Origin: Escherichia phage ECML-10
Sequence record: OL631479.1
Length of the DNA: 64,000 bases
Direction: 5' to 3' (one strand)
Numbering within the stretch: the first letter of the stretch is position 1; every line of letters begins with the position of its first letter. Below the pieces are notes generated by a model, which worked only from the letters and a program-made list of their open reading frames with translations, had not been told where the DNA came from and searched no databases. A program made the position numbers and the translations under genes. Shown here one piece after another: positions 46,472 to 56,547 of this stretch.

Positions 46472-47290
46472 TTGAGCAAGAAAGAGTCCAACGACAAATA
46501 TTACACAAACCCTGAGTATGCAGAATATCTTGTTGGTAAAGTAAAAGATAAGTATGGAAATTGTGCATACGTTGAGCCTTCTGCTGGAAGGGGTTCTTTT
46601 TCAAAACTATTTTCAGAGATACTGTCTTACGATCTAGTACCAGATCCTGAATTTGAAGGACCAACACCGTGCATTCAGGCAAACTTCTTGGAGGTGCATC
46701 CCAAGGCAGATGTCTTCATAGGTAACCCACCATTTGGCAAGAATTCATCTTTAGCTTGCAAATTCTTTAACCATTGTGCATCATTGCTAGAGCTTGGAGG
46801 GGCTATAGCCTTCATCTTGCCACGGACATTTGAAAAAATATTTTTTGCAAACAAACTGGACATGTCGATGCACCTTGTCTACAGTGAAAGGTGCCCTAAG
46901 AACTCGTTTCTACTTAATGGCAAACCTTATGACGTGCCGTGTGTTTTCCAAATTTGGGAGAAAAAGGCGTGCAACAGGGATCCTGTAGAGATTGGGGAGA
47001 ATAAGTTATTTTCTTTTAGCACTCCAGATGACTACGACTTCTGTGTAAGACGTGTTGGGTATAATGCTGGAAAAGTATTGGGGGAGGATGACCCAAAATC
47101 TGAAGAATCAACATATTTCATAAAATCTTTAGTTGACGGTGTTGACAGAGTGTTTGCTGAATGCTATTCTTCTTTTCAAGAAGAAGCAGGTAAGACTGCC
47201 GGAATGAAGAGTATAGGTAAGAAAGAACTACAATACATTTTGGAGACTAGGTATGATCAAAAGCATAGACTTGACCAAAGAACTTACTGA
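46472..47290 (+). CDS. N6-adenine DNA methyltransferase
   Basis: Motif I-like VEPSAGRGSF and motif IV NPPFG; start TTG 46472 after GGAGG (no early in-frame ATG). Confidence 0.6.
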   Translation: MSKKESNDKYYTNPEYAEYLVGKVKDKYGNCAYVEPSAGRGSFSKLFSEILSYDLVPDPEFEGPTPCIQANFLEVHPKADVFIGNPPFGKNSSLACKFFNHCASLLELGGAIAFILPRTFEKIFFANKLDMSMHLVYSERCPKNSFLLNGKPYDVPCVFQIWEKKACNRDPVEIGENKLFSFSTPDDYDFCVRRVGYNAGKVLGEDDPKSEESTYFIKSLVDGVDRVFAECYSSFQEEAGKTAGMKSIGKKELQYILETRYDQKHRLDQRTY

Positions 47291-47711
47291 TGCAAAAGCT
47301 TTTGGTGAGACAGCGGTACAAAGGGGGCAGGCGATGGGACTGGCACTACCTTTCGTATTAAAAGAGCACTTTACAGATTTTCAACTTATCAAGGGTGATA
47401 AGGGAATGCTTATCCTGGAGCATAAGTTGAGTAAGAAACGCTATAAAGTTGTTTTTAATTCTAAAGCTCCAACAAAACTGGGATTCAGAACTTACAATCT
47501 TAACCCATCCTACACTAAGGGTGTTGGAAGGGTAGAACAACAGCATTTCAGTGCCAGAGCTTCTTTAGCCCCTTTGATGCTAAATTTCTCAGGGGTGGCT
47601 TTAGGATACCTTGATAAGAAAAGAGTTCTTCATGTCCGTTTCACAGACTTTGTAACGCTTCTAGCCAACAACGAGGTTGATGAAAAGGGACGTGTAAAAA
47701 CAAACTTCTAA
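47253..47711 (+). CDS. Hypothetical protein
   Basis: 152 aa ORF overlapping end of methyltransferase gene. Confidence 0.3.
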   Translation: MIKSIDLTKELTDAKAFGETAVQRGQAMGLALPFVLKEHFTDFQLIKGDKGMLILEHKLSKKRYKVVFNSKAPTKLGFRTYNLNPSYTKGVGRVEQQHFSARASLAPLMLNFSGVALGYLDKKRVLHVRFTDFVTLLANNEVDEKGRVKTNF

Positions 47712-47738
47712 TAACGCATAGTATGATTGGAGAACGCA

Positions 47739-47930
47739 ATGACACTAAAGTTAACAATTCCAGACAGCTTTTCAGAAGACTTTATCCCAGAAATGATGGG
47801 TAAGATGCGATCATTGCTTGATCAGATCGAGGAAGCTGTTTGGGAAGACGATGCTGTAGTGGCTAACGAGCTGGTAGATAAGTGTAAAAGTATTATTGAT
47901 GCAGTTGAAGAATACCACGGAGGTTTTTGA
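47739..47930 (+). CDS. Hypothetical small acidic protein
   Basis: ATG 47739 with RBS GGAGAA. Confidence 0.25.
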   Translation: MTLKLTIPDSFSEDFIPEMMGKMRSLLDQIEEAVWEDDAVVANELVDKCKSIIDAVEEYHGGF

Positions 47931-48544
47931 TGGATATTATTGTTCTTAACGCCCCACCCAGCAGTGGTAAGGATCACATTGCAGATCTCTTGTTGGAAGC
48001 TATTCCTAACTCACACCACCGTGAGGTTAAGGAGATGCTCTTCAGTGTGGCAATTAAGGCAGCTGGTGTAACTCCTCAACTCTGGAATGCACTTTATGAC
48101 CGCCACTACAAAGAAGAGCCTTGCCCTTTCTTAATGATAGACGGCAAGCATGTTTCTCCGCGAGAATGGATGATCCATTGTAGTGAAAATCTGATTAAAC
48201 CTATCTTTGGTGAAGATGCTTTCGGTAAAGCCGCAGTCGCATCTTTGAAGAAAGATTTCCCTAAAGGTAAAGGGGTTGTTGTTTACTCCGATGGTGGATT
48301 CAAAGAGGAGCTGGCATGCCTTAGCGAGTACGCGTACAGCACAGGTGGAGATCTGTTGTTGTTCCGTATTCACCGTGTCGGATATGACTGGGGAAATGAT
48401 TCCAGAACCTATCTAAGTCTGGAAAAGAACGGAATAAAAGGAATTGAGTTCGATGTTGTAAACCCTGAAGGTGCACCTTGGGAATGTGCATCGGAGATTG
48501 TGTGCAAGTATATTGATGCTAAAGAGGCCCAAGAAGAATGTTAA
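47930..48544 (+). CDS. Putative deoxynucleoside monophosphate kinase
   Basis: N-terminal P-loop variant NAPPSSGKD resembling T4 gp1-type kinases; RBS GGAGG. Confidence 0.4.
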   Translation: MDIIVLNAPPSSGKDHIADLLLEAIPNSHHREVKEMLFSVAIKAAGVTPQLWNALYDRHYKEEPCPFLMIDGKHVSPREWMIHCSENLIKPIFGEDAFGKAAVASLKKDFPKGKGVVVYSDGGFKEELACLSEYAYSTGGDLLLFRIHRVGYDWGNDSRTYLSLEKNGIKGIEFDVVNPEGAPWECASEIVCKYIDAKEAQEEC

Positions 48545-49131
48545 TCGGTATTGATGTAGATTTGACACTGGTAGATTCAGGAACAGCATGGTGGGAGTGG
48601 TTGGAGCGTTTATATGGTCCAGCCAGTAAGACAGTCACTAAACCTTCTAATGGGTTAATGTATTACGATCTGTCAAAGTATTGGCCTGATCGCCCCAAAG
48701 AAAACATCATAGGGCCTTTTGATTTCTGGAGTGACCCGTTCCTCTACGACTTTCTTAAGCCTGAAGAGGGGGCTATTGAGGTTATGAAAGATTTGGTGGC
48801 TCGTGGTCACAAGCTTGCATTTATCTCGGTATGCAAGAAAGGTCACCTTGCATCTAAATCAAGGTTCTTAAAGCGTTGGACTAGTGATTTTATGGATCTG
48901 GACGATCACACCCAGGGTCACGGCTTCTACGCCACGCATTTCAAGGGAAATGTGGCTGTAGATGTTATAATTGACGACAGGCATGAATACCTGAACCAAT
49001 TCGCTTCACGCCCTGAAGTTATTAAAATCCTAAAAGATACGCCTTATGAGCAATTTGAGGAGTTAAAGGTTAGTGTTGACTATACCGCTAATAGCTGGTA
49101 TAAAATAGGAAAGTTTTTAGAAGGTATTTGA
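48538..49131 (+). CDS. HAD-family phosphatase / 5'-nucleotidase-like
   Basis: N-terminal HAD motif I IGIDVDLTLV. Confidence 0.45.
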   Translation: MLIGIDVDLTLVDSGTAWWEWLERLYGPASKTVTKPSNGLMYYDLSKYWPDRPKENIIGPFDFWSDPFLYDFLKPEEGAIEVMKDLVARGHKLAFISVCKKGHLASKSRFLKRWTSDFMDLDDHTQGHGFYATHFKGNVAVDVIIDDRHEYLNQFASRPEVIKILKDTPYEQFEELKVSVDYTANSWYKIGKFLEGI

Positions 49132-49132
49132 A

Positions 49133-49333
49133 ATGGGCAGATGTTCTAAAGGTGGCGATCCTGTAGTCAGATACGGTGACTGGCTAGAGGTGTATGATCT
49201 GGGAGGTAAGCTGGTGTATGCCTCCAGGATCACCCAAGACATGTGCTCCGATATGTTCAACAGATACCTTGCATTTAAGGCCAACATAAACCCAGACGAA
49301 ATTTCCAAAATTAAAACAAGGAGAGCTAAATAA
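49133..49333 (+). CDS. Hypothetical small protein
   Basis: 66 aa ORF tightly packed between neighbours. Confidence 0.25.
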   Translation: MGRCSKGGDPVVRYGDWLEVYDLGGKLVYASRITQDMCSDMFNRYLAFKANINPDEISKIKTRRAK

Positions 49334-50316
49334 TGCTAAAACTGTGCACTGCAAAGATCATTGCTGACAGCATTTCCGAGAAAGGTAAGCGCATCACAAC
49401 TTTTGAGCTAGAGTATCCTCGAATTATTCACTCAGAGCTTATGACGCACCGAGTGTTCAGCCGAAACGCCATGTCTTCCCGTGCAGTGCCTGTCGGAAAG
49501 ATGCTGCAACAGATTGTGGAGAATCCGGCAATGCCAGTTCGCTTCGGTGTAAATAAGCGAGGAATGGAAGATGGTGGGGAACACGATCAAAAGATCCGTG
49601 TAGAGTACACTGATATGGAGCTAACTCCGGAAGAGTTTTGGAAAGAAGCTGCAAAAAACGCCGCTTGGCATGCAGAGAAGTTTGCCCTTGCTGGTTACCA
49701 TAAGCAAGTATGTAACCGCTTAGTGGAGCCTTTTCAGCGCATGAAAACAGTTGTAACAAGCACCGAGTGGAATAATTTTTTCCACCTCCGTTGCTGGCAC
49801 GATGCGGATCCTACGATTCAGATGTTAGCTAATTGTATGTGGGAGGCTCTTGTGAATAGCACTCCTGAAATCCTTAAACCGGGTCAATGGCACACTCCAT
49901 ATGTAGAGCACGTTTATTTGGACGGGGAGTTTAACTACGCTGTACGTGACACAGAAGGAAAGCTCTGCATTCTCGATACTAAAGAAGCTCTGTCTATCAG
50001 TGCTAGTTGCTGTGCACAAGTATCTTATCGAAATATTGACAGCACGTTTGAAAAGGCAGACAGTGTGGCTAAAAAATTGATTGGTGGGGATCGTATTCAT
50101 GCAAGCCCTTACGAGCACCAGGCAACACCTATGGATCACGATAACGCAATGGAACGTTTAAACTACTACCTGTCTTCATGTGAAATCACACAAGACATCA
50201 GTACTTGGCAGGAAGGTGTAACCCATCAAGACCGTGATGGTAAATTCTGGTCTGCCAACTTTTGTGGGTGGGTTCAGCACAGACAACTGCTTAATAACCA
50301 CTTCGTGAAAGGTTAA
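49333..50316 (+). CDS. thyX: Flavin-dependent thymidylate synthase ThyX
   Basis: SELMTHRVFSRNAMSSRA matches ThyX signature (ELVRHRxxSxxxxSxR) as recalled. Confidence 0.7.
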   Translation: MLKLCTAKIIADSISEKGKRITTFELEYPRIIHSELMTHRVFSRNAMSSRAVPVGKMLQQIVENPAMPVRFGVNKRGMEDGGEHDQKIRVEYTDMELTPEEFWKEAAKNAAWHAEKFALAGYHKQVCNRLVEPFQRMKTVVTSTEWNNFFHLRCWHDADPTIQMLANCMWEALVNSTPEILKPGQWHTPYVEHVYLDGEFNYAVRDTEGKLCILDTKEALSISASCCAQVSYRNIDSTFEKADSVAKKLIGGDRIHASPYEHQATPMDHDNAMERLNYYLSSCEITQDISTWQEGVTHQDRDGKFWSANFCGWVQHRQLLNNHFVKG

Positions 50317-50317
50317 T

Positions 50318-50344
50318 CCTATCACAGCGATAGGTAACTTTTGT
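50318..50344 (+). terminator. Hairpin after thyX
   Basis: CCTATC-ACAGC-GATAGG stem-loop followed by TAACTTTTGTG. Confidence 0.35.
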
Positions 50345-50345
50345 G

Positions 50346-50374
50346 TTGACTAATAGTATTAGATAATCTATAAT
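50346..50374 (+). promoter_or_regulatory. Sigma70-like promoter (TTGACT-N17-TATAAT)
   Basis: Near-consensus hexamers with 17-nt spacer. Confidence 0.6.
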
Positions 50375-50414
50375 AATGGCTCACTTTGTTGGTGAGCCAG
50401 AAATGGAGACAGAT

Positions 50415-50876
50415 ATGAGTAATGTTATGATTCCTAAAAAGACATTTATTTCAGTTACTTTGGATTTCCTATCTACCGTTCCCGGGTTTAACGTTCGCAC
50501 ACGAAACGGTCTCCGAGCTGCACTCTTTGCCGTAGGGTTTGATTTAAAAAGTATTGATGTTCTTCGTGGAAAAAACGTTCGATGCAAAAATAAGCCAACA
50601 CATTATCGAAAGGCAGATGTATTTGCTGGTGTCATGCGTGCAGACTTTAGATACCCGCAAATGTATAACGGTGTAGATATTTTAGATGTGGATAAAGCAC
50701 CTGGTGAGGCAATGCTTGTTCAAGATCTTCCGTATGATATTCCTGTAGAGGATCGTGTTAATGTAAGAAAGTATACAAAACAATCTGAAAAGGCTGAAGA
50801 TATTCATATTGTTGATGAACCTTTCAATTTTGAAGATCTGCATCGCCTGGAAAAATTATTCGGTATTGAAAGCTAA
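50415..50876 (+). CDS. Hypothetical protein
   Basis: Track ORF trimmed to ATG 50415 because promoter -10 ends at 50374. Confidence 0.3.
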   Translation: MSNVMIPKKTFISVTLDFLSTVPGFNVRTRNGLRAALFAVGFDLKSIDVLRGKNVRCKNKPTHYRKADVFAGVMRADFRYPQMYNGVDILDVDKAPGEAMLVQDLPYDIPVEDRVNVRKYTKQSEKAEDIHIVDEPFNFEDLHRLEKLFGIES

Positions 50877-50886
50877 GGTGGTGAAG

Positions 50887-51117
50887 ATGAGTCATAACTC
50901 CAAGTGGAAGGATCTTGGTTTTGCAAGTCGGTCAGAGTATGTTGGTTGGCTTTGGTTCAACGGCCTGACAAATGATATTAAAATGTATGATGATGTTTAT
51001 TATGACGAGTATACAGGCAAAATTATAAATATCTCTGTAGAAGAGGATACCTTTATCCAGCAAGATACTGATACCTGCCTTGATAAATACGTTGATGAAG
51101 TGGAGGAAGCAAATTGA
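50887..51117 (+). CDS. Hypothetical small protein
   Basis: ATG 50887 with RBS AAGGTGGTG; stop overlaps nrdA start. Confidence 0.25.
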   Translation: MSHNSKWKDLGFASRSEYVGWLWFNGLTNDIKMYDDVYYDEYTGKIINISVEEDTFIQQDTDTCLDKYVDEVEEAN

Positions 51118-53429
51118 TCACCAAGGTAATTAAAAGCAACGGATGTGAAGTGGCATTCGATCCAGAACGTTTAAATAAGGCAGCTATTTTCGGTGACGAC
51201 GGTAACGGCAATTGGTCACATATTGCACTGGATGCATACAAACGACTGTATGATGGATGTACAACCAAAGAAGTTAACCAAGCTATCATAGACTCCTGTG
51301 TTAGCCGTAAAGACGAAGCACATTCCTGTATGGCTGGTCGTGTTCTTATTGGTCAGATTTATAAAGAGGCTTTTGGAGGGTTTACAAAGATCCCTTCCTT
51401 ACCATCATTTTACAACGACATGGTTGAGAAAGGGTATTGGGAGGATATGGGATATAGCTTTACCGAGCTAAACACTTTAGACGCTGTTATTGACCACAGT
51501 AAAGATCTCGGTTATGGCTATGCAGTCCTTAAACAGTTTCGCGACAAATACGGGATCAAGGATACTCTTAAAGACACCTTGTTTGAATCTCCCCAGATGA
51601 TGTTTATGGGGATAGCAATGGCTGTCATGAAGAATATGCCGAAAGAACGTCGTATCAACGATGTTGTAAAATTATACACTTATCTGTCCGACTTAAAGAT
51701 CAATGCCCCGACACCGTACTTAAACGGGCTGCGCACAGGTAAGACAGGGTATGCATCTTGTTGTGTAATAAAAGCTGACGATACAGCAAAATCTATTGGT
51801 GTGGCACGTGAAGTTGCGTACACAATGACGGTTAACCAAGCAGGTATCGGCTACTATTTATCATCAAGATCTGCAGGTGATGGTGTTCGCGGTAACACTA
51901 TTAAACACATGGGTAAGATTCCATATTATCGAGGTATTGACGCTGGGGTTAAGGAGAACAGGCAACAATCACGTGGCGGTTCTGCAACAGTATCATTCCT
52001 TGCACTAGACCCGCAGATTGATGAGCTAATCCGCTTGAGAAACCCTATGACTGTTGCTTCAAAAAGAATCAACACCATGGACTACTCCATCGGTATTAAT
52101 AGGTCGTTTATCAACCGTGTGGCTAAGAATTTAGATTGGATGCTTGTTTCTTATAAGCACGCTCCTCAACTGCATGAGGGTATCTTCACCATGTCTATGG
52201 AGGAGTTTGATGCAGAGGTTGATCGTATTGCTAAAGATGACAGTATCCCTAAAACATGGATCCGAGCCAGAGATCTTGCTGTTGAACTGATCACGCAGCG
52301 TACTGAGGTGGGAAGGCTGTATGTATACTGGACAGATGAGATGAATAGACATACACCTTTTAAAGATGTGATCTATTCAAGTAACCTGTGTGCAGAAATA
52401 GCCCTCCCTACAAAAGGCTATTCAGATATGCGTAATATCTTCAAGTACGATGCTGATGATGGAGAGGTTGCATTGTGCTTCCTGTCATCTCTTGTAGCTG
52501 GAAGGGTTACTCCAGAGGAGTATGAGGATGTTGCATACTACACGGTGCTTATGATTGACAATGTTATGGAAATCATGACATATCCGTATGAAAATATGGA
52601 AAGCACAGTTAAAAAACGCAGATCCATCGGGGTTGGCCTTACCAATGTTGCACATTTTATTGCCAGCCACAAGGTTACTTACGGATCTCCTGAAAGTAAA
52701 CAGCTTGTTCACGATCTTGCAGAACTTCACAGCTACAGCTTGCATAAGGCAAGTTTACGGTTGGCAAAAGAGCGTGGTGTCTGCGAGTGGATGCATAAAA
52801 CAAAATATCCAGAAGGTTGGTTACCAATCGACACCTATAACAAAGAGGTCGATAGCGTGGTGAAAGATCCTTCTCTTAAACAGGATTGGGAAGGGTTACG
52901 TAAAGAAATTATTGAAAATGGTGGGCTACGTAATAGCGTTCTTGAAGCATATATGCCTAATGAAAGCTCTTCGCTGGCAACAAACACCACTAACGGGGTT
53001 TATCCTGTCCGTGAGCACATTATCTTTAAAAAGTCGCCACAAGGGCAGGTGCTGTTTATCGTTCCTGACTATGATGAGTTGAAAGAGTATTACACCTCGG
53101 CTTGGGACGTTGATACTAACGACATGATCGATATGTATGCTGTGATTCAAAAATTTACAGGTCAGGCAATCAGCGCGGATTTATACATAGACTACACCAA
53201 GTTGAAAGATGGTAAAATTTCAATGAAGGAGCAGCTAGGGTACCTTATCCGTGCCACTAAATTCGGGATGAAGACATGGTATTATTTAAACTCCAGGGTT
53301 GGTGCTGGTGACTCATTGGCAGAGGAACTTCATGCCAAGAAACAGGCTGAAGATGAAACCAGAAAGAACTACCCTTTGATTGCAGATAGTTCGGTTGAAG
53401 ATCCGTATTGCGAAAGTTGTGCACTATAA
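51114..53429 (+). CDS. nrdA: Ribonucleotide reductase class Ia alpha subunit NrdA
   Basis: 771 aa; ATP-cone N-terminus, NLCAEIALPT active-site motif, C-terminal CESCAL; TTG start after RBS GGAGGAAG. Confidence 0.9.
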   Translation: MITKVIKSNGCEVAFDPERLNKAAIFGDDGNGNWSHIALDAYKRLYDGCTTKEVNQAIIDSCVSRKDEAHSCMAGRVLIGQIYKEAFGGFTKIPSLPSFYNDMVEKGYWEDMGYSFTELNTLDAVIDHSKDLGYGYAVLKQFRDKYGIKDTLKDTLFESPQMMFMGIAMAVMKNMPKERRINDVVKLYTYLSDLKINAPTPYLNGLRTGKTGYASCCVIKADDTAKSIGVAREVAYTMTVNQAGIGYYLSSRSAGDGVRGNTIKHMGKIPYYRGIDAGVKENRQQSRGGSATVSFLALDPQIDELIRLRNPMTVASKRINTMDYSIGINRSFINRVAKNLDWMLVSYKHAPQLHEGIFTMSMEEFDAEVDRIAKDDSIPKTWIRARDLAVELITQRTEVGRLYVYWTDEMNRHTPFKDVIYSSNLCAEIALPTKGYSDMRNIFKYDADDGEVALCFLSSLVAGRVTPEEYEDVAYYTVLMIDNVMEIMTYPYENMESTVKKRRSIGVGLTNVAHFIASHKVTYGSPESKQLVHDLAELHSYSLHKASLRLAKERGVCEWMHKTKYPEGWLPIDTYNKEVDSVVKDPSLKQDWEGLRKEIIENGGLRNSVLEAYMPNESSSLATNTTNGVYPVREHIIFKKSPQGQVLFIVPDYDELKEYYTSAWDVDTNDMIDMYAVIQKFTGQAISADLYIDYTKLKDGKISMKEQLGYLIRATKFGMKTWYYLNSRVGAGDSLAEELHAKKQAEDETRKNYPLIADSSVEDPYCESCAL

Positions 53430-53436
53430 TTTTAAA

Positions 53437-53456
53437 GGGGCTTCGGCCCCATTTTA
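53437..53456 (+). terminator. Hairpin after nrdA (GGGGC-UUCG-GCCCC + AUUUUA)
   Basis: Short GC stem with UUCG loop and U-rich tail between nrdA and nrdB. Confidence 0.45.
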
Positions 53457-53468
53457 GAGGTTAGAATA

Positions 53469-54557
53469 ATGGCTGTATTTAATGCTGAGAACACCGCTCA
53501 TAAAACTGGTGACTATCCGCTGTTTCTAGGACAGCAAATGGGTATGTATGACTCTATCAACAAAAAATATCCACAACTGTTTGAACTATACAAAAAACAA
53601 AAAGAGCAAGATTGGGCAGAGGATGAAGTGGATTTGTCGCAATCTATTTCAGATTTTGTAACATGCTCCAAGTCAACTTATGACGTGATGGTGCAGACCT
53701 TGATGTGGCAATGGGAGGCTGATAGCGTTGCGGCAAGATCGATCATCTGCCTCTTTTCACCATTCATCACTAATAGTGAGCTTTTCACTCTATTGATGAA
53801 ACAGTCAGAGATTGAAGTTCTTCACGCACTAACTTACTCAGAGATTGTTAGACAATGCCTCCCCAATGCCCGTGAGATTATAGAAGAGATTCAGGAAAAC
53901 CAAAACGTTCTGAGCAGATCTGGCGTTATTGTCAAATACATGCAAGAGCTCGAGGTTATTGGTGCAAAATACCGACTGGATCCTTCTAGTGTTGAAGAAG
54001 ATGTTGTGCGGAAATGCATTCTTAGAGCGCTTTTTGCACTTTTAGCCCTGGAAAGTATTGAGTTTATTGCAAGTTTTGCATGCACTTTCGCAGTAGCTGA
54101 ACAGGGTATCTTTGTTCAGGTGGCGCAGCTTGTTCAAAAAATCATGCTTGACGAAATGCTACATTCGAAAGGTGATTTTGCCATCATTGATATCCTGCTT
54201 AATGATCCCACATGGGAGAAAAGCTTCCTTGAGATAAAGGGGGAGTTAAAAGAGATTCTTGATGAAGTACGAACCAAAGAGTACGGTTGGAGTGACTATA
54301 TTTTCAGCGAAGGAAGGGCGATTATAGGTCTTAACTCACCGTTGCTTAAAGAATGGGTTGACTATAACTGCTCACCGATTTATGATTACTACGACATCGA
54401 CAAAGACTTTGTGCCGCCAACAAAGGACCCGCTACCGTTTATGCAGGTGTGGATGAAACCTTCATTGCAACAGACGGCGAACCAAGAAATGTCGAACACT
54501 GACTACCGCGTCAACACAACTGTTAACGACGCTGAAGAAGAAATTTGGGAGTTTTAA
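53469..54557 (+). CDS. nrdB: Ribonucleotide reductase class Ia beta subunit NrdB
   Basis: 362 aa ferritin-like protein directly after nrdA; acidic aromatic C-terminal tail (EEEIWEF). Confidence 0.85.
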   Translation: MAVFNAENTAHKTGDYPLFLGQQMGMYDSINKKYPQLFELYKKQKEQDWAEDEVDLSQSISDFVTCSKSTYDVMVQTLMWQWEADSVAARSIICLFSPFITNSELFTLLMKQSEIEVLHALTYSEIVRQCLPNAREIIEEIQENQNVLSRSGVIVKYMQELEVIGAKYRLDPSSVEEDVVRKCILRALFALLALESIEFIASFACTFAVAEQGIFVQVAQLVQKIMLDEMLHSKGDFAIIDILLNDPTWEKSFLEIKGELKEILDEVRTKEYGWSDYIFSEGRAIIGLNSPLLKEWVDYNCSPIYDYYDIDKDFVPPTKDPLPFMQVWMKPSLQQTANQEMSNTDYRVNTTVNDAEEEIWEF

Positions 54558-54560
54558 TAT

Positions 54561-54839
54561 ATGAGCTGCGAAAAATCTTTTTTCATCATCATTTACGGTA
54601 AGGATAACTGCCCACATTGTGTCAGAGCAAAAGAATTTGCAATCAGCAAAGGTCTGCCTTTTGTATATAAGACACTTGGCGAGGGCTACACAAAAGAAGA
54701 GCTTATTGAGAAGTGTAGTCCAATCGTCCCCCGAACGTTGCCGCAGATCTTCTTAGAAAGCGATCTTGACAGTATCCATATAGGCGGTGCCGACGATTTC
54801 ATCTCTTTTGTTAAGAATGGTTTTGGAGAGAAAAAGTGA
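54561..54839 (+). CDS. Glutaredoxin-like protein
   Basis: 92 aa; CPHC redox motif; between nrdB and nrdD. Confidence 0.75.
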   Translation: MSCEKSFFIIIYGKDNCPHCVRAKEFAISKGLPFVYKTLGEGYTKEELIEKCSPIVPRTLPQIFLESDLDSIHIGGADDFISFVKNGFGEKK

Positions 54840-55699
54840 AAGTTGTAAAACGGGACGGTAGAGAAGAGTTCTATAACGGAATTAAGGTGATCAAGGCGGC
54901 AGAGTCCGCCTTATTTGAGTCTGGACATACTGAAGAAGAAGCTTACCGGATCGCCTGCGAGGTTAATGAAGTTGTTGCTAACAATCTACCAACCGACCAG
55001 TGCACGATCTCTGTAAAAAATATCCATATCCTTGTTGAAGACGCTCTTATGGATATGGGTTTAAAATGTGCAGCCAGAGAATACATCCAGTATAGGCAGA
55101 CAAGAGATAATAACAGAGAGGCAGGTGGAAAACTGCTCGCAGATATTAGTGGCTTCTTGGATCGCACTTGTGATGAATTTACAAAAGAAAACGCAAATAA
55201 GCCTACCAATCATGTACACACTCATCGTGACCTGCTTGCAGGCATCCTTAGCAAACACCTTGCATCAACACAGATCCTGCCAGACCGTGTCTCAGAAGAG
55301 CACAATAAAGGCTTCATCCATGTGCATGATCTTGACTACTTGATCAGTCCGTTAACAAACTGTTGTTTGGTAAATTATCCAGATATGTTGGAAAACGGAT
55401 TCAACATTGGTAACGCCCATGTCAGTAAGCCGAAGTCAATAGGGGTTGCAACAACAATCCTTAGCCAAATCTCTAGTGCGGTAGCTAGTGCTCAATATGG
55501 GGGTCAGACTATGAGCCATATTGATCATTATCTGGCACAGTATGCTGAAGCGACCTATGAGAAGAACCTTAAATTTTGCCAGGAACATTGGTTGCCAGAT
55601 GCTGAGACTGTTGCAATGCAAATGACAGATAAAGACGTATTTGACAGTATGCAGACATTACTTTATCAAATCAACACGTTAACCTCTGTCAACGGTTAA
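54836..55699 (+). CDS. nrdD: Anaerobic ribonucleotide reductase NrdD, N-terminal part (putative exon 1)
   Basis: ATP-cone-like N-terminus MKVVKRDGREEFYNGIKV; ORF ends at in-frame stop presumably inside intron. Confidence 0.75.
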   Translation: MKVVKRDGREEFYNGIKVIKAAESALFESGHTEEEAYRIACEVNEVVANNLPTDQCTISVKNIHILVEDALMDMGLKCAAREYIQYRQTRDNNREAGGKLLADISGFLDRTCDEFTKENANKPTNHVHTHRDLLAGILSKHLASTQILPDRVSEEHNKGFIHVHDLDYLISPLTNCCLVNYPDMLENGFNIGNAHVSKPKSIGVATTILSQISSAVASAQYGGQTMSHIDHYLAQYAEATYEKNLKFCQEHWLPDAETVAMQMTDKDVFDSMQTLLYQINTLTSVNG

Positions 55700-56547
55700 C
55701 AAACTGGCCGTTGTAAAACTCTCCTAACCTCATAAGAGGGGTCGGTAAATCCGGCTAACGGGGAACGCTAAGGCGAAAGCTATGCCAATCCCGTGACTAG
55801 TTCTTACAGGAGTTGGAACGGTTGTAACGACTAACGAAAGGCAGAGATGCTTGACAAACATTTCTGAACCAAGTAGTGTAGGGGTTAGTTGAAATACTAA
55901 CTTCGAAATGGAGAGGCTCTATGAAAAAGATCATTCTTAATGGTGAAGAATCAAACTATGTGATTGATGAGGTTGGAAACGTATACGGAAAACGTGGAAT
56001 GCTACACCCAATATTGTGGGGAGGTTATGGAAAAGGTAACAAGCATGTTAAACGCCGTTATATGTACTCTTTCAACCACAAAGGTAAAAAGATTCGAATC
56101 CAAACCTCAAGGATTGTTGCCTTGTATTGTTTGCCGGATGTCCCAGAAGACCCTGAAAACTGGGAAGTGAATCATAAAGATGGCAATACATTGAATGATC
56201 ATCCGTCTAACCTAGAGTGGGTTTTGCCGGAAGATAATAAGAGACATGCTTTCCGAACAGGACTTTGTCCAGGTAAGTGCTATAGGAAAGTGCAGGCATA
56301 CAAAGGGAAAACCTTGGTGGGTGAATATCCTTCACTCTATGCCTGTGCAAAAGCCTTAAATTTGAACGTAGGTAACGTTCATAGGGCTATCGAAGGAAAT
56401 GCCGAAGGTAAGCATCTCACAATAAAGGGTTATTATCTTATTGAAGTAGAGTAAGAGATAGTCTGGCCCTGTGGAAACACAGGGAGGAGACAGCAGACTC
56501 CATTCATCACATTAAGTTTAGGACTGGATACCTCGGTCTTTGGTAGA
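55700..56547 (+). other. Putative group I intron in nrdD carrying an HNH ORF
   Basis: ~850 bp between the two nrdD parts with ~220 nt structured leader before the HNH ORF. Boundaries approximate. Confidence 0.5.
55921..56454 (+). CDS. HNH homing endonuclease (intron-encoded)
   Basis: 177 aa; HNH motif VNHKDGNTLNDHPSNLEWVLPEDN. Confidence 0.8.
   Translation: MKKIILNGEESNYVIDEVGNVYGKRGMLHPILWGGYGKGNKHVKRRYMYSFNHKGKKIRIQTSRIVALYCLPDVPEDPENWEVNHKDGNTLNDHPSNLEWVLPEDNKRHAFRTGLCPGKCYRKVQAYKGKTLVGEYPSLYACAKALNLNVGNVHRAIEGNAEGKHLTIKGYYLIEVE

Noticed and set aside
50376-50414. ATG at 50376 as start of the 50376-50876 ORF
   Set aside because: It lies 2 nt after a consensus -10 hexamer (50369-50374), so would be upstream of the transcript start; downstream ATG 50415 with a GGAG RBS preferred.
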